The position numbers and the translations under genes are program-made. From Squalus acanthias (taxonomy: Eukaryota): 64,000 nt of DNA. A model generated the notes under the pieces. The model worked only from the letters and a program-made list of their open reading frames with translations, searched no databases and was not told the DNA's origin. The stretch is from assembly GCA_030390025.1 (NCBI GenBank), contig CM059430.1, positions 72,850,001-72,914,000 on the forward strand, read 5' to 3'. Position 1 is the stretch's first letter, and each line of letters opens with the position of its first letter. This document shows positions 1 through 13,183 of the stretch, one piece after another.

Positions 1-190
1 AGGGCCCACATAACGACAGCCCGGCGAAAAAGTAACCAAATCTCTTGGTCCACTACAACCAGTGGATCGATGTTCAACTTGCGGCCCTGTACTTATGTTG
101 GTTTTGCCAATCGTACAGCTGTTAATGATACAGGCAATTGATTCCAATGAAATATGTTCTTACATTCTTCTGTTCTTCTGAAATATAAAT

Positions 191-246
191 CGGGCGATTT
201 GTATAACGGGCTGTCAATCCGGAACAGCCGTTGAAAATCTACCCCG
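191..246. repeat. Tiny palindromic element (similar short inverted-repeat elements at ~370-490 and ~8522-8648)
   Basis: cgggcgattt..aacggg(c)tgt / acagccgtt..aaatctaccccg. Confidence 0.5.
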
Positions 247-543
247 TTGGGAATTATTTCAACTTAACCCCGGTGTGGGGATCTGATGCGATTAGATGTC
301 CAGTTTTGTATTCAACGGAAAGTGAAGCTCGGTGTGTTTGCAGATCTGAGCCAGTGAATTTATAATTATTGGGGTGAAATTCGTCTTCATCGGCAACGGA
401 AAATGGATGATAAGGAAGGGGCAGTTCACTTCACTTCCGCCAGATATTCGTTTCCGTGGAAAACAAAATTGTGCCGGGTGAAAAACGGCCTACCGATGAA
501 GATCAATTACATCCATTGGCTGAGTGAAATATAAAGAGACATA

Positions 544-1218
544 GGCCCGTATTTTCCGATCGGAGGCTCCCTGGCTGTGGAGGCCTCCGATCTGGAAAAC
601 ATCTACGAACTTACCTGAGGAATCTGAGGTGGTTATACTTCCGCTACTGGGCCTCTCCAAACTCGAAATGCGCAGGGCCCAGGTATCCCAGAGGCGCATG
701 CATTTCGCAAGCATTCCTGGGATGACGTGGGCCATGGGGAGGCAATAGGAGAAGGGAATCTCCCTTCATACACTTGACAGATAGACCTGTCAAATACACG
801 AATGGAGATAACCCCAAAAGCAATGTAAAACATTAATTAATTCTTTTAAAAAATCAGATTTTTAAAATGAGTTGAAATTACAATAAATTAAATATTTTAA
901 ACAAAACTGTAATTTTTTGAAAAAAAATAATTGAAGTTTTTTACGGGGCTAAAAATAAACTTACCTTTTTAAAAGTATTTTTAAATGATAAATGTATGAA
1001 AAAATATAATTTTACTTTTTTCAACTCTTATGCTGGTAAAAGCAGGCCTTACGCCTGCTTTTACCAGGCGTAAGATGTCGAAGGGTTTTCTGCGCGTGGA
1101 GGTTCTCCAGAAAGCGGAACTATCCGCCCGCAGAGGCCCTTTTGTAGGGCAGGCATCCAATGACCCTACGGGTGTGTATGCAGCTCATACACACCCGTAG
1201 GCATCGGAATATATGGCA
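544..1218. mobile_element. Non-autonomous Harbinger-like MITE
   Basis: Imperfect TIRs GGCCCGTATTTTCC / GGAATATATGGCA; ATA on both flanks; hairpins at 558-592, 1033-1067 and 1165-1201; AT-rich core. Confidence 0.8.
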
Positions 1219-3516
1219 ATAATTTAGATAACTCTGGATGAGGGTTTAACGCAAAATAACTCTTGGAATTTGTTAATGCAGCCTGAGTTGCTAATTATTC
1301 AAGATCACTGTAGTCATATCCCAGTTATAATATTGTTATTGTTTTAATATCAAATGCTGAATACTAACATTTGGGGTAGCAATACATAGATTTTATTGTT
1401 CACTAGACATTCAACTAGGTTTATATATCTGGCTGAATAACTACTGAAAAGACAAACAAAATAAAAATGAACAAATAACAAAAGCCACTGAGGTAAGCTT
1501 TGGATAACAGCAACATAACCACTATGAAAAAGCATTAGGGTACATATTAATATAACTCTAGATTACAATCTGACAAAAATCAACAAGCTAGCAAAATTGT
1601 TTTCACCCTGCGGGGCAAGATGAATTGTACCCCGTGTCGTCTTTATATAATAAGTCATTAGTTGAGATTCCAAATAGACTACAAATATATTGATCAATTG
1701 TTGATATGCATGCTTAATTAATCGTTCAGCAATATAAAGTTGGCTTTTAGCACAACGTCTTTCACGCAACTGTTATAAATTCGACCTATTAAGTATATTT
1801 CCTTACAATTCATTGGCTAATTTCTAAGGCTGTCCTGAAGACCGCAGGTTAAATTTCCATTTTCTTTTGAACGTCAGGGCGGTGTACTACCATGCAAAGG
1901 GAAACCAGATTTTGAAGATTAAGAAAACTATCATTGACGGCCTTATGCTGCAATTCTTTCCTTGTAATAATTGACAGCAATAGTTCGACGATTGTAACTT
2001 CCAGTAGTTCAGGCACACCGATCTCTCCTGAGCTGCTCCTTTTCAGTTCTCTGAACACAAAAATCAGAAGTTAGTTTAGATTATTGCTAGATACTTGATG
2101 ACTATCATTAGTTCCTGATTTTGTTTCCAACCCAAATGCATATATTTACCGTTTCACGGTGTGTTGCACCAATTCCAGTCGAAGTAATGCAAGAAGATAG
2201 GGCTAACTCCCCGTGGAGTTTTGAGGCGCGTTCCAGGCAGATTACAAATTAAAAATGCTAACTTGTAGATCCTCCATTGAGCTCAAAAAACTGTTGCATA
2301 TTAGTTACCAATGGCAAACCTTTCACTCGACTTCGCCGCAACCACGAGCGAAGCCCTAGTTAAATGACGCATCGATCTATTATTCTGTCTTAGTTTTCAG
2401 GCACGGAAATTAGGGAGATAACTCCCAGGTGGAATTCTGCGAACATAATTATAATTTTTCTACAACGAACCAGAAGATGAACGATGTTTCCATAAATTTG
2501 CGACATACCATTGGTTACCCGCTGTAACTTCGTCAGGTGATCTGGCAATGTCGCTGAGAAATTACGTAACGAGCTGAAAATGGCCATATACCTGTTCATC
2601 TGGAGTTTCCCAGTAAGTGACGAGTCGTTTTCTCACTAAACTTGTTTAAGCGGCCGTGGCTTGCAATTCCTTGGGGTTCTCCTGCTGTCCTTTCCTAGCG
2701 TTGATGGGAAACACTGGGACCCCAATGAAAAATAGCTTAAATGTCTGAAATTGTCGTTTTTGACCTTCCTTTGGCGATTCCACCTATCCAAATTCGTTGA
2801 CTTTCGGCGGGACATCGGTGGCATTCTGGATCATTCAGGGCCTTGGATATTAAATGCTTCGCTCATCACAATTTTGGGTAAATTTGTTCCTGAAGAATTG
2901 AATTTCGCCGTTTACTCTCGACATCCCGTATAACTTTAGAGGTAGATCAGAGGGATCTCGGAAAACGACCTAAACGGATAAAACTTATAATGCATACCAA
3001 TTCGAAATGTTCCCACTACAGTTAAGGCGGGAGAATGGGTGAATCAGACAGAAACATTCCTCTTCCTCTGTTTGGGTATTCCTATGCATTTCTTCATCCA
3101 TTTCTTGTAAAGGAAATTTTAAAATTTAATACGTCAGTCGACCGAATTGTTGGGGATCTTCCTCATCCGCCGCCGTAACTTCGACGAAATCCCCCTTACA
3201 AGCGGTTTATTGGGAAAATCCCGAGGGAAGATTGCCCGGACAAGCGGAAGAGTCCCGCGGATGTTAGCTCGGTTTCATTTTAGACAAGTCTACATTAAAA
3301 TAATAATTGTTCAAATAATTAATGAAATCTTACCATTCGAAACGAATTGTTTTATAGTAATCAACAATGATGATGACCAGCATCAGAATTAGGAAAATAG
3401 CCAATATAAATCGGGATATCAAACCAATTCGGGAAACAATTATTAGAGCCTACAAGATGTAAATAAAACAGAAGTACAGTGTTATATATTCAACTGGGTA
3501 TCGTCATAATAACATT

Positions 3517-4192
3517 GGCCCTGAAATTAAGGTGTCTTCGACGGCATACACTGAGCGTACGCCGTCGTAATCCTTCCGAATGGCCCTGCAACTTTCGGGA
3601 TTCCGCATGCGCCTGCGCATGCACGGAAACCCGGAACTTGCAATCTGTCAAGGTACACTTTGACAGATCTACCGAACCAAAAGTTAAATCAGATTCTCTG
3701 GTGCAGAGTTGGACTATTTGCCCATCAGCTGCCCATCAATTGCCCACGAAACTCTTACGGCTGGTAAAAACAGGCGTTGGGTTTGCTTTCATCAGCGTAA
3801 GAGTTATTATGAATCTTAAATTAATCATTTTGAAATAAACAATGATGCACAAACACTTAAAATTTGTTCATGTAAAATGTTGACCCGGTTTAGTTGCCTT
3901 ACTCTAAATATTGAGATACAATACGCACATGGGTGCTTTGCTCTTTAATAATTCTATAGTAAAATTTCAGTTCAACTTCAAATGCCAGAATGTTTACTAA
4001 CGTGTTATATTTTTTTAAAGAGTGTGCATTCAATAAATAATTATTTTCAACAGAGTCCGATCACAAGTCCATCTTCTATATCCAGAAGAGAGCGTAATTC
4101 AGATCTAAGTTACTGTGAAATCTGCTGGAACATTGGCTGATGCGTTGTCCTTACCGACGATCGAATCATCGTAAAGCTGCAGAGTTTGGCCA
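3517..4192. mobile_element. MITE of the ggccctgaaatt family (relatives at ~18356-19120, ~40290-40672, ~40680-42297 split by a CR1, ~45729-46478, ~55828-56590)
   Basis: Shared terminus, shared cgcatgc..gaaacccggaacttgc block and shared ctggtaaaa..tt(t/c)a(c/t)cag hairpin; right boundary approximate. Confidence 0.72.
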
Positions 4193-4579
4193 AACAATAT
4201 CTCAATAGAGCACTTCAAACATTTGTTTTCGTGAAATAAACCACCGATTCATTATCCCAGTAGTATTGACATTAAAACTAAAGTATGCTCCTTTCGAAAT
4301 CGTTACAGAGGAAAGATAGGTTGACTAGCTCCCAATAATTTGTACCATAGATCTAAAAATATTCATGCAAATTTAAGTTTCACCTGCAAGTCAATGAGGG
4401 GTGAAAAAAGTCTGATTCCGTATAGCGCCTTCGCCTTGAAGCGTCGTTCAAAGAGATGCCCAGAAATGTCTAAATTTCTATTCTTTTAAATTAAACGGAC
4501 GGGAGGATTCATGCACCGTCTGTTCCTAGTTTCTGGCCAACATTTCCTGTTCAAAAAGGGGGGTAGGGAAAAAGCAGGT

Positions 4580-6504
4580 AACATAGAAACATAGAAACAT
4601 AGAAAATAGGTACAGGAGTAGACCATTCGATCCTTCGAGCCTGCACCGCCATTCAATGCATTCATGGCTGAACATGCTACCTCAGTACCCCATTCCTGCT
4701 TTCTCGCCATACCCCTTGATCTCCCTAGTTGTGAGTGTTATATCTAACTCCCTTTTGAATATATTTAGCGAACTGGCCTCAACACCCTTTTGTGGAAGAG
4801 AATTCCATAGATTCAGCACTCTCTGGGTGAAGAAGTTCCTCCTCAGCTCAGTCTTAAATGGCTTCCCCTTAATCCTTAGACTGTGACCCCTGGTTCTAGT
4901 TTTCCCTACCATTGGGAACATTCTGCCCGCATCTAATTTGTCTAAACCAGTCAGGATTTTAAATGTCTCTATAAGATCCCCCCTCATTCTTCTGAACTCC
5001 AGAGGATACAACTTCAGTTGACCCAATCTTTCTTGATATGTCAGTCCGGCCATCCCAGGAATCAATCGAGTGAACCTTCGCTGCACTCCCTCAATAGCAA
5101 GAATGTCCTTCCTTAAGTTAGGAGACCAAAACTGCGCACAATACTCCAGGTGTGGCCTCACCAAGGCCCTGTACAACTGCAGCATCACCTCCCTACTCCT
5201 GTACTCAAATCCCCTTACTATGAAGGCCATCATTCCGTTTGCTTTCTTGACTGCCTGCTGCACTTGCATTCCCACCTTCAATGACTGATGTACCATGATG
5301 CCCAGGTCTCGTTGCACCTCCCCTTTCCCTAATCTGCCACCATTCAGGTAATAGTCCGCCTCTCTATTTTTACCACCAAAGTGGATAACCTCACATTTAT
5401 CCACATTGTACTTCATCTGCCATACATTTGCCCATTCACCCAAACTGTCCAAGTCACTCTGTAGCCTCCTAGCATCCTCCTCATTGTTCACACTGCCTCC
5501 CAATTTAGTGTCATCCGCAAATTTGGAGATATTACATTTAATCCCTTCGTCCAAATCATTAATATATAATGTAAACAGCTGGGGTCCCAGCACCGAACCC
5601 TGCGGTACCCCGCTTGTCACTGCCTGCCATTCTGAAAAGTACCCATTTACTCCTACTCTTTGTGTCCTGTGTGCCAACCAGTTCTCAATCCACGTCAACA
5701 CATTACCCCCAATCCCATGTGCTTTAACTTTGCTCACCAATCTCTTGTGTGGAACCTTGTCGAAGGCCTTCTGAAAGTCCAAATACACCACATCTACTGG
5801 TTCCCCCCTGTCCACCCTATTGGAAACATCCTCAAAAAATTCCAGAAGATTTGTCAAGCATGATTTCCCTTTCACAAATCCATGCTGACTTGGACCTATC
5901 ATGTCGCCACTTTCCAGTGGTCTGTTATGACATCTTTAATAATTGCTTCCATCATTTTACCCACAACCGATGTCAGGCTGACCGGTCTATAATTCCCTGC
6001 TTTCTCCCTCCCTCCTTTTTTAAAAAGAGGGGTTACATTGGCCACCCTCCACTCCATCGGAACTGATCCAGAGTCTAAGGAATGTTGGAAAATGATCGTC
6101 AATGCATCCACTATTTCCAAGGCCACCTTCTTAAGTACTCTGGGATGCAGACCATCAGGCCCCGGGGATTTTTCAGCCTTCAGTCCCATCAATTTTCCCA
6201 ATACCTTTTCCCGACTAATAAGGATTTCCCTCAGCTCCTCCCTCTTACCAGATCCTCTGACCCCTTTTATTTCCGGCAGGTTGTGTGTGTCCTCCACAGT
6301 AAACACCGAACCAAAGTACTTGTTCAATTGATCTGCCATTTCCTTGTTCCCCATTACGACTTCCCCTGTTTCCGACTGCAGGGGACCTACGTTTGTTTTT
6401 ACTAACCTCTTTCTTTTTACATATTTATAGAAGCTTTTGCTGTCCATTTTAATGTTCTCTGCAAGCTTCCTTTCATATTTTATTTTCCCTGCCCTAATCA
6501 AACC
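4580..6504 (-). mobile_element. 5'-truncated CR1 LINE (RT region), young
   Basis: [48 protein letters not shown]; 3' tail (TTCTATGT)n at 4580-4605; one frameshift near 5916. Confidence 0.97.
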
Positions 6505-6510
6505 TGCCCT

Positions 6511-7906
6511 AATTACAGACCTGTAAGCCTTACATCAGTTGTGGGCAAAATGCTGGAGTCCATCATTAAGGATGAAATAGCGGATGGGGACAGGATAGGA
6601 CAGAGTCAACATGGATTTACAAAGGGTAAATCGTGCTTGACTAATCTATTGGAATTTTTTGAAGGAGTAACTGGTAAAATAGATGGGGGAGAGCCAGTAG
6701 ATGTGGTGTACCTGGACTTCCAAAAGGCCTTCGATAAGGTCCCACATAAAAGATTAGCATGGAAAATTGAAGCTCATGGGATAAAGGGGAAAGTATTGAC
6801 GTGGATAGAGAACTGGCTGTCAGATAGAAAACAGAGTGTTGGAATAAACGGCTCATTTTCTGAATGGCAGACAGTAACAAGTGGGGTACCGCAGGGATCT
6901 GTCCTGGGTCCCCAGCTGTTCACAATTTACATTAATGACCTGGATCAGGGAGTCGGATGCAGCATTTCCAAATTTGCAGACGACACTAAACTAGGAGGGG
7001 GGGGGGGTGGGCTCAGAGGAGGAGACCAGGAAGCTCCAGAGCGATTTGGACAGACTGGGTGATTGGGCGGATAAATGGCAGATGCACTATAATGTGGACA
7101 AGTGCGAAGTGCAGGAACGGGAGGGCAAATTATTATTTAAATGGCAATAAATTGGGAGAGGGGTAAGTACAGAGAGACCTGGGTGTTCTTGTACACCAGT
7201 CACTGAAGGCGAGCATGCAGGTGCAACAGGCGGTCAAGAAGGCAAACGGTATGCTGGCTTTCATAGCAAAAGGGTTGGAATACAGGAACAGGGATACCTT
7301 GCTGCAGCTGTACAGGGCACTGGTGAGACCACACCTCGAGTACTGTGTACAGTTTTGGTCGCCTCATCTGAGGAAAGATGTTCTTGCCATGGAGGGGGTG
7401 CAGCGGCGATTCACCAGGCTGATACCAGGAATGGCGGGATTGACCTATGAGGAGAGACTATGTAGTTTAGGGATGTACACACTGGAGTTTAGAAGATTGA
7501 GAGGGGACCTCATAGAAGTGTATAAAATTCTGACAGGTCTAGACAGACTAGATGCAGAAGGAATGTTTCCCTTGGCGGGTGAGAACAGAACTAGAGGACA
7601 TAATTTAAGGATAAGGGCTAAACCATTTAGGGCAGAAATGAGGGGGAATTTCTTCACTCAGAGGGTGGTGAACCTGTGGAACTCATTGCCACAGAGGGCA
7701 GTGTACGCCAGCTCATTAAATATATTTAAGAGGGAATTAGATATATTTCTACAGGCAAAAGGGGTTAAGGGTTACGGAGAGAAGGCGGGGACGGGCTACT
7801 GAATTGGAGGATCAGCCATGATCTCATTAAATGGCGGAGCAGGCTCGAAGGGCCGGATGGCCTACTCCTGCTCCTATCTTCTATGTATCTATGTATCTAT
7901 GTATCC
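6511..7906 (+). mobile_element. 5'-truncated CR1 LINE, different subfamily, back-to-back with the previous element
   Basis: Same RT motifs in ORFs 6541-7062 and 7215-7802; tail (CTATGTAT)n at 7881-7906. Confidence 0.97.
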
Positions 7907-9569
7907 ATGCTCGGCTCGAAACCGCCAGTCCGCTTAAAAAAAGGCCGAACGTGTTGGATGTATGCTGTCACTCACGAGATTGACATGGACCAATGCTTCA
8001 TTACAAAATAGGACAAAGACTGCTTCATATTTTCAGTCCAATAATTTCATTTGATACAGAGTTGTGAGAACTTACTTTACGATTATTCACTACAAGTTTC
8101 TAACCCAACATTCAAAGAGAACAATCTAGCCAACGATTACCTTGAGAAAATAATATGACACGTTCAATTCCTCAAATCTTGTTCGTTTTAATATTATATT
8201 TCGGAATGACTTGGAATCCCTTATGCCAGTTGAATGTCCCTTATCAAAAAAATTCACTTCATTATCTGCATACCATTCTGCACTTACCAACTTAATTTTA
8301 CAAACTGAGTATCTGAGTAGAAAATAGTGACTATTTTATAATTTCTCTTCCTAATGATCGGATCCTCTCATAATGTCGTACCTATCAAAACTGTAGGATA
8401 AAATGATCCCAAACGCCTTGCTTGCCTAGGGACTGATTCGACTGCAGCAATTCAACAGAGGGCATAACAGATCCCCAGTTTGTTTTTGTTCAGGAATAGC
8501 CGGTGCTACTGTTCGGCCAATTGGGGAAAATTTGACTTTGGATGACAGTGTAAATTAGGCGACAGCGAATCATCACAATGGAAATGAAAATCGAGAGAAA
8601 TTCAATTTTGTTCGATTTACACTACCGCTCAAGGTTAAAATTACCCTCAATTGCATTCAAGCTGGCCCACTTATCTTCGCCCTACACCTCAGATAAAGAT
8701 TATAATTGGTGTTGACTCCCATAGTACATTTCCAACGCGTGTATTTCTGGCTTTGCGGGTGGGCTGCTACTTCGAGAAATCGCCCGATTTCCACTTCAAA
8801 TGGAATCAATGTAAAATAACATTTGGCGGGTTCGCTTAGGAGCGGCTGATCAGCAAAGTCACCTTTACGCCTGTGCCGCATGTTAAAAGTCGAGCCCTTT
8901 ATCTATATTTGATGTCACTCCACCAAAATTTTGATTAAGTTAATTTCCTACCGGTGCACAACCGGAAAGAGCATTAAAAGCATCACACTGACTTGCGATT
9001 TACCTTGTTTTTTTCCCCTTTTTTGTTTTAGGCGTTTCACCATTGCCTCTTTGCTCTTTTTGGTTTAATTTAAAGCTTACTGCTGGATCCTGTTTGTCAA
9101 ACCATTTTGTTTGACACAAGCTAGCGGCGCCGGGAGCCGCTTGGTCTCATCTCGATACGTAATACAGCAACAAAAATGCATAACATCATGCTTTTCCGCC
9201 AATAGGACGTGCAAGTGCCACATGAAAAAGCTTTCCGAGTACATTTCTGTGAATTCTTAGAAAAAAAATCTCCGTGTGTGATACAAAACGCACTGAGTGA
9301 GTACCAGTTCCATTTCAATGAAGGGAGAGCGGGAATCCGGTGGAATTCCACTCTGAGGAGCGCAAAATCTGCTGGTCAATTGGCTAACACCGCTACTTTA
9401 CTGGGGGCAGAATTTCAGGCCGTAGCTTTTATCATACCCAGGTCCCCAACAAAAAACTACCTATAGCTGCGATACTCTGTTGCTCTCTGCAGCTTTACCG
9501 ATTTTATTTTCTCCATACTTGGTTAACTACGTTACCTTATTGATAAACGTGCCTCAGATGTGTGTCTCT

Positions 9570-10080
9570 GGGGCCCTGATTTATATGAACAGTGATCAAA
9601 ACAGTCCTTCTCCGCCACCGTCCACTGCTTGGATGGACTTGACCTCACCTTGAACAACTTCTCTGTTAATTCCACTCACTTTTTCTCTATCAAGAGGTTA
9701 CTGTGAGAAAGTACTTGCACGTTAGTTGTGCCTTTATTTTTGCAGGATATGTGGAACTCTCTTTATTTCTGCCTTACACATGGTCCCTTCCTAACCTCTT
9801 ACATTGATGGCTGTGTTGGTACTGTTTTCTAATTATGTAGTTGATCTCTGATTCTTTCCTTCCCTCCGAGAAGTTCTCTGCATCGATCTCAGGTAATGCA
9901 CATTCCACAGATCATCGTTTACAAGTCTACTGACTCTAAGAAATACATTTCAATATGCCTTTCCCACTCTGCTTGATAGAAGGACTCCATCTCTTTCTCC
10001 CACTTTATCTATCTCTGTCATGTCTTCTCTAATTACTCAAATTTCCATTGTAGAAAATCCAATGTTTGCACTTTAAGATG
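9570..10080 (+). mobile_element. Decayed Penelope-like RT fragment
   Basis: Residual LTLNNFS.NSTHF..IK, YID.CVG, YKSTDS and KDSI.FS motifs across broken frames. Confidence 0.65.
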
Positions 10081-11192
10081 ATGAACAGGAGCCTTTACTG
10101 TTAGCCCTATCTCCCAGACTTCAAAGGAAATAAAAACCGAGAAAAATTAAAAACAGGCTGCTGATTCGCCTTTATCCGTTTTACACTGTCGCACAAAGTC
10201 ACAATTACCTTATGTGTATTATCTGTCACACGACGGCCAATTGGTTGGAACATTCACGTTAGTAGCAGGATACATTCGATATATTCTCTATTTATCTACA
10301 GCAGGGATTGTTGCAGATATGGAATGGGTATGTCGGTGTCCAAAGGAAGGTGGATTGATTTTTAGAAATACGTAGCCAGAAAATAGTGTTGGCTGGTGTC
10401 CTGAACCCATGATCTGTGATTTTATGTTATCAGGAAAAGCGCTAGAACAAGTTAACATTTTAACTAAAATATGCTGCAGTTGCACTCTGTTTTATGTTTG
10501 ACAATTTGTTTCGATTCTCTATATCCTTCTATTTTCTCCTTATTTCCGCATTTTGATGTTACGCCGTTTATCTTTACTTTATACAAACTACACGCTCTGA
10601 TATCCATTAAAGTCTCTCTGTTGCCTCACTGATGTTTTATAGCATCTGACAGTTTTCTTTAAGGATTTAAAAAATGGAGCACGATTTAACCTCCATCCCT
10701 GAGTAATATTTAAGACGATTTTCATTGGACTTCAGTTTTTATACCATATGTTAACTAGGAATTAGATATGGAAGTTGATTCCGAGTTTAGTCACCAGTGT
10801 TTGGTGAACAATTTGTGCTGTTTCGACAATCCAACAGCTTCAGGTTTGCTTTTCCAGAAACCAGCTTTTTATTTCCAGAACTGTTTAATTTGAAGTCAAA
10901 TTCTGAAACTACCATGTCGTGATTACTGGTCCAGGCGTCTGGATTACATAACAATTATACTACAATACATCCGCTCTCTAATAAAAAAAAAGTTCAGTAG
11001 AAAGACCCGTTTGCCAACAGAACTTAAAATATCTGCTTAATCCATATTTTTGTTCATTTACAGAGTGATAACCCAACAATGCACCTTTAAAGGATTGTTG
11101 TCAAAATTGCGCAAATGCCAAAAACGGTCCATAATCTTTGGTATCCGTCTTGGGTCAGATGTTCCTTGCATATGTAATAATTAGATTTTTAC

Positions 11193-11496
11193 CTCCTGTT
11201 TGAAATAAATCGGAAGTCAGTTGCCGTTTGGACGGTGAGATGAAATGCTTGGCAGGTATAAATAGTCCCGCTCTTGACAGGCTGCGACTCTTCCAAAAAG
11301 CTGGAAACTTCATACAGACCTTTTTCATTTATCTGTATAAAGGCGTTTATCCCGTTCTCAACTTTCACACCATCCTTGTAAAAAGTAAAATTGATATCAT
11401 TTGGGTAAAATTCAGCAGTTTTACACACAAGAATCAGAGAAGCAGATGCATTACGATCAGCCTCATTGCAGTCAATACTTAGTGGGGTTGGGGGAA
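11193..11496 (-). pseudogene. Copy A exon: C1-set domain, 5-nt deletion before the donor
   Basis: Paralog of 48111-48419; 304 nt versus 309 nt; the conserved Trp is replaced (TFYKDG versus TWYKDG); the donor falls in phase 2. Confidence 0.88.
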
Positions 11497-12870
11497 CTGT
11501 GGAACAAGATACAGAAGAGATTAGAACTGACTGAGCTCTTTCAGAATGTATGAATTAATTAAATGTTTTACCATATCAAAGCCAATATGACATTAATAAT
11601 TTCCAAACATTAAATGGCATGTTTATTTATAGAAACGTTGGGTGGATTTTCAACTTTCTGTCTGGGCGGGAAACAGACGATGTTGATCGGCAACTCGGCA
11701 TCAAGTTGAAAATCTATTCCATTAATTAAAGCATTACAATTTGTACTGAGACATTGGTGAGCTAAACATGATACCGTCGAGATCAATGCTAGAAAGAATA
11801 TAGATGGAAGATATAAAGGTTTGGAGGTTTTTGAGATTATTGGAGCACATATATATCTCAATATAACTCATAATTAAGAGTAGGTAGAAGGGGATTCGAT
11901 GTATAATATGGTTTACAACACATCGCATTTTACAGGGCTAAGCTTTTAATTGAAAAAAGAGATCATTTCACGATCAAATTGTTTTTATGTTGTTTATAAA
12001 TTCATATTGAACACCATTCACCTAACCAGGAATATTTTATAAAGTTGACAGACGGTTTAATAACTGTCGAGACAGTTTTACTGAGTTAGCAACTCTTTCG
12101 AAGTAATTATTGTCAAGAGTGTTGGAAAGGTTAATGCAAAATGCAGATAACACGTAGTTTAAGAACGACAGTAAGTGAAGAACCATAGCTGGAGGAAACG
12201 CAAAGCAGAAGACAATAGATCAGTGAGAAAGTTACTGAGAACTCGCCGGAGAGTGACCCTAAGTTTAAACCAGCGTGCTTCAGAGAGAGATGTAACGGTT
12301 CGAAACCAACAATTAACTTGACATCTAAGGGAAGAGCTTATTCGTCATATTCTCATTCAAGCGGCAGATTTAGCAATGAAAGTCAAACTTTCGTCCTCGC
12401 TAAAATAAACTGTACTCAATTATAACCAGCAAATTATGTTACATTGTGATCGTGAATGATGTTCATTGTTTTTTTGATTTTGCTCGTCTACGCTAAATAT
12501 TAAGAATGCATTCGTAATGATATTAATGCATCATCAATGTTGAACCTCTTGCTCACCACTAGCTGCAATTTAGTGGATGTAATTAAGTAAATTAATCAGT
12601 GGCAAACCACTTTCACGTTCAATTCTTGGTCGCGTTCTTAATCAAGTGTTTAAATGTGTCTTTACCAAAGGTGTTCGTTCCCAAACGTTAATTGAACCGA
12701 ATTGTGTATAAATAAAGCAAGGTATTGAATAAGAATTTCATTGTAAACTCCAACAGGCTTAAAACAAACGCTTGGATGCCCCAAACATAAATCAGGATAA
12801 AAACATCTTGCATCTTGTTTGTTTTGTTTGCTTTAAAAATATTGGTGGAATAGTTTCAGGTACAAATTAC

Positions 12871-13183
12871 CGTAGATGACAAGTTTTGACCCAGTTCCAT
12901 TTCCCATCCGACTACGTGGATGTTTAACTCCGCAGTAATAAACTCCGGAGTCCGAGGCGCTGACATTGAGGAACTGAAGAATGGCCTTCTCCTTTCTTCA
13001 AAGGAAGAAATCGTTTACAGCTGTCATTAGCTGACTGTAGAAACTCTATTTCTCCCATTTTCCACCAGTAAACAGTCACATCGGAATTATCTAGGAAAAG
13101 AGGCAACGCGCAATAGAAAATAATGTTTCCACCTGCGATCACGTTGGCGTTTTCAGGGGCTTGGAACACTCTGATAACAGCAT
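12871..13183 (-). pseudogene. Copy A exon: V-set domain with J-like strand, +1 frameshift
   Basis: tttcag|AT GCT ... ATC TAC G|gtaatt; 313 nt, with an extra base at ~12987. Corrected read: VFQAPE..IFYC..VYWWK..AILQFLNVSASDSGVYYCGVKHPRSRMGNGTGSKLVIY. Confidence 0.88.

Noticed and set aside
2505-2542. Hammerhead-like CTGACGA-A plus GTTAC/GTAAC stem on the minus strand
   Set aside because: It is followed by CAAT rather than GAAA, and there is no convincing stem I or III.
3125-3200. Minus-strand peptide GDFVEVTAADEEDPQQFGRLTY resembling a cadherin motif
   Set aside because: Short, bounded by stops, and without other cadherin motifs; 2100-3300 is left unassigned.
5070-6405. Plus-strand ORFs over CR1 elements (also 29889-31117 and similar)
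   Set aside because: Antisense shadows of LINE ORF2.
8950-9200. Possible minus-strand exons with gtagg/gtaaat donors downstream of copy A
   Set aside because: No matching acceptor or frame, and no similarity to the receptor's TM or tail exons.
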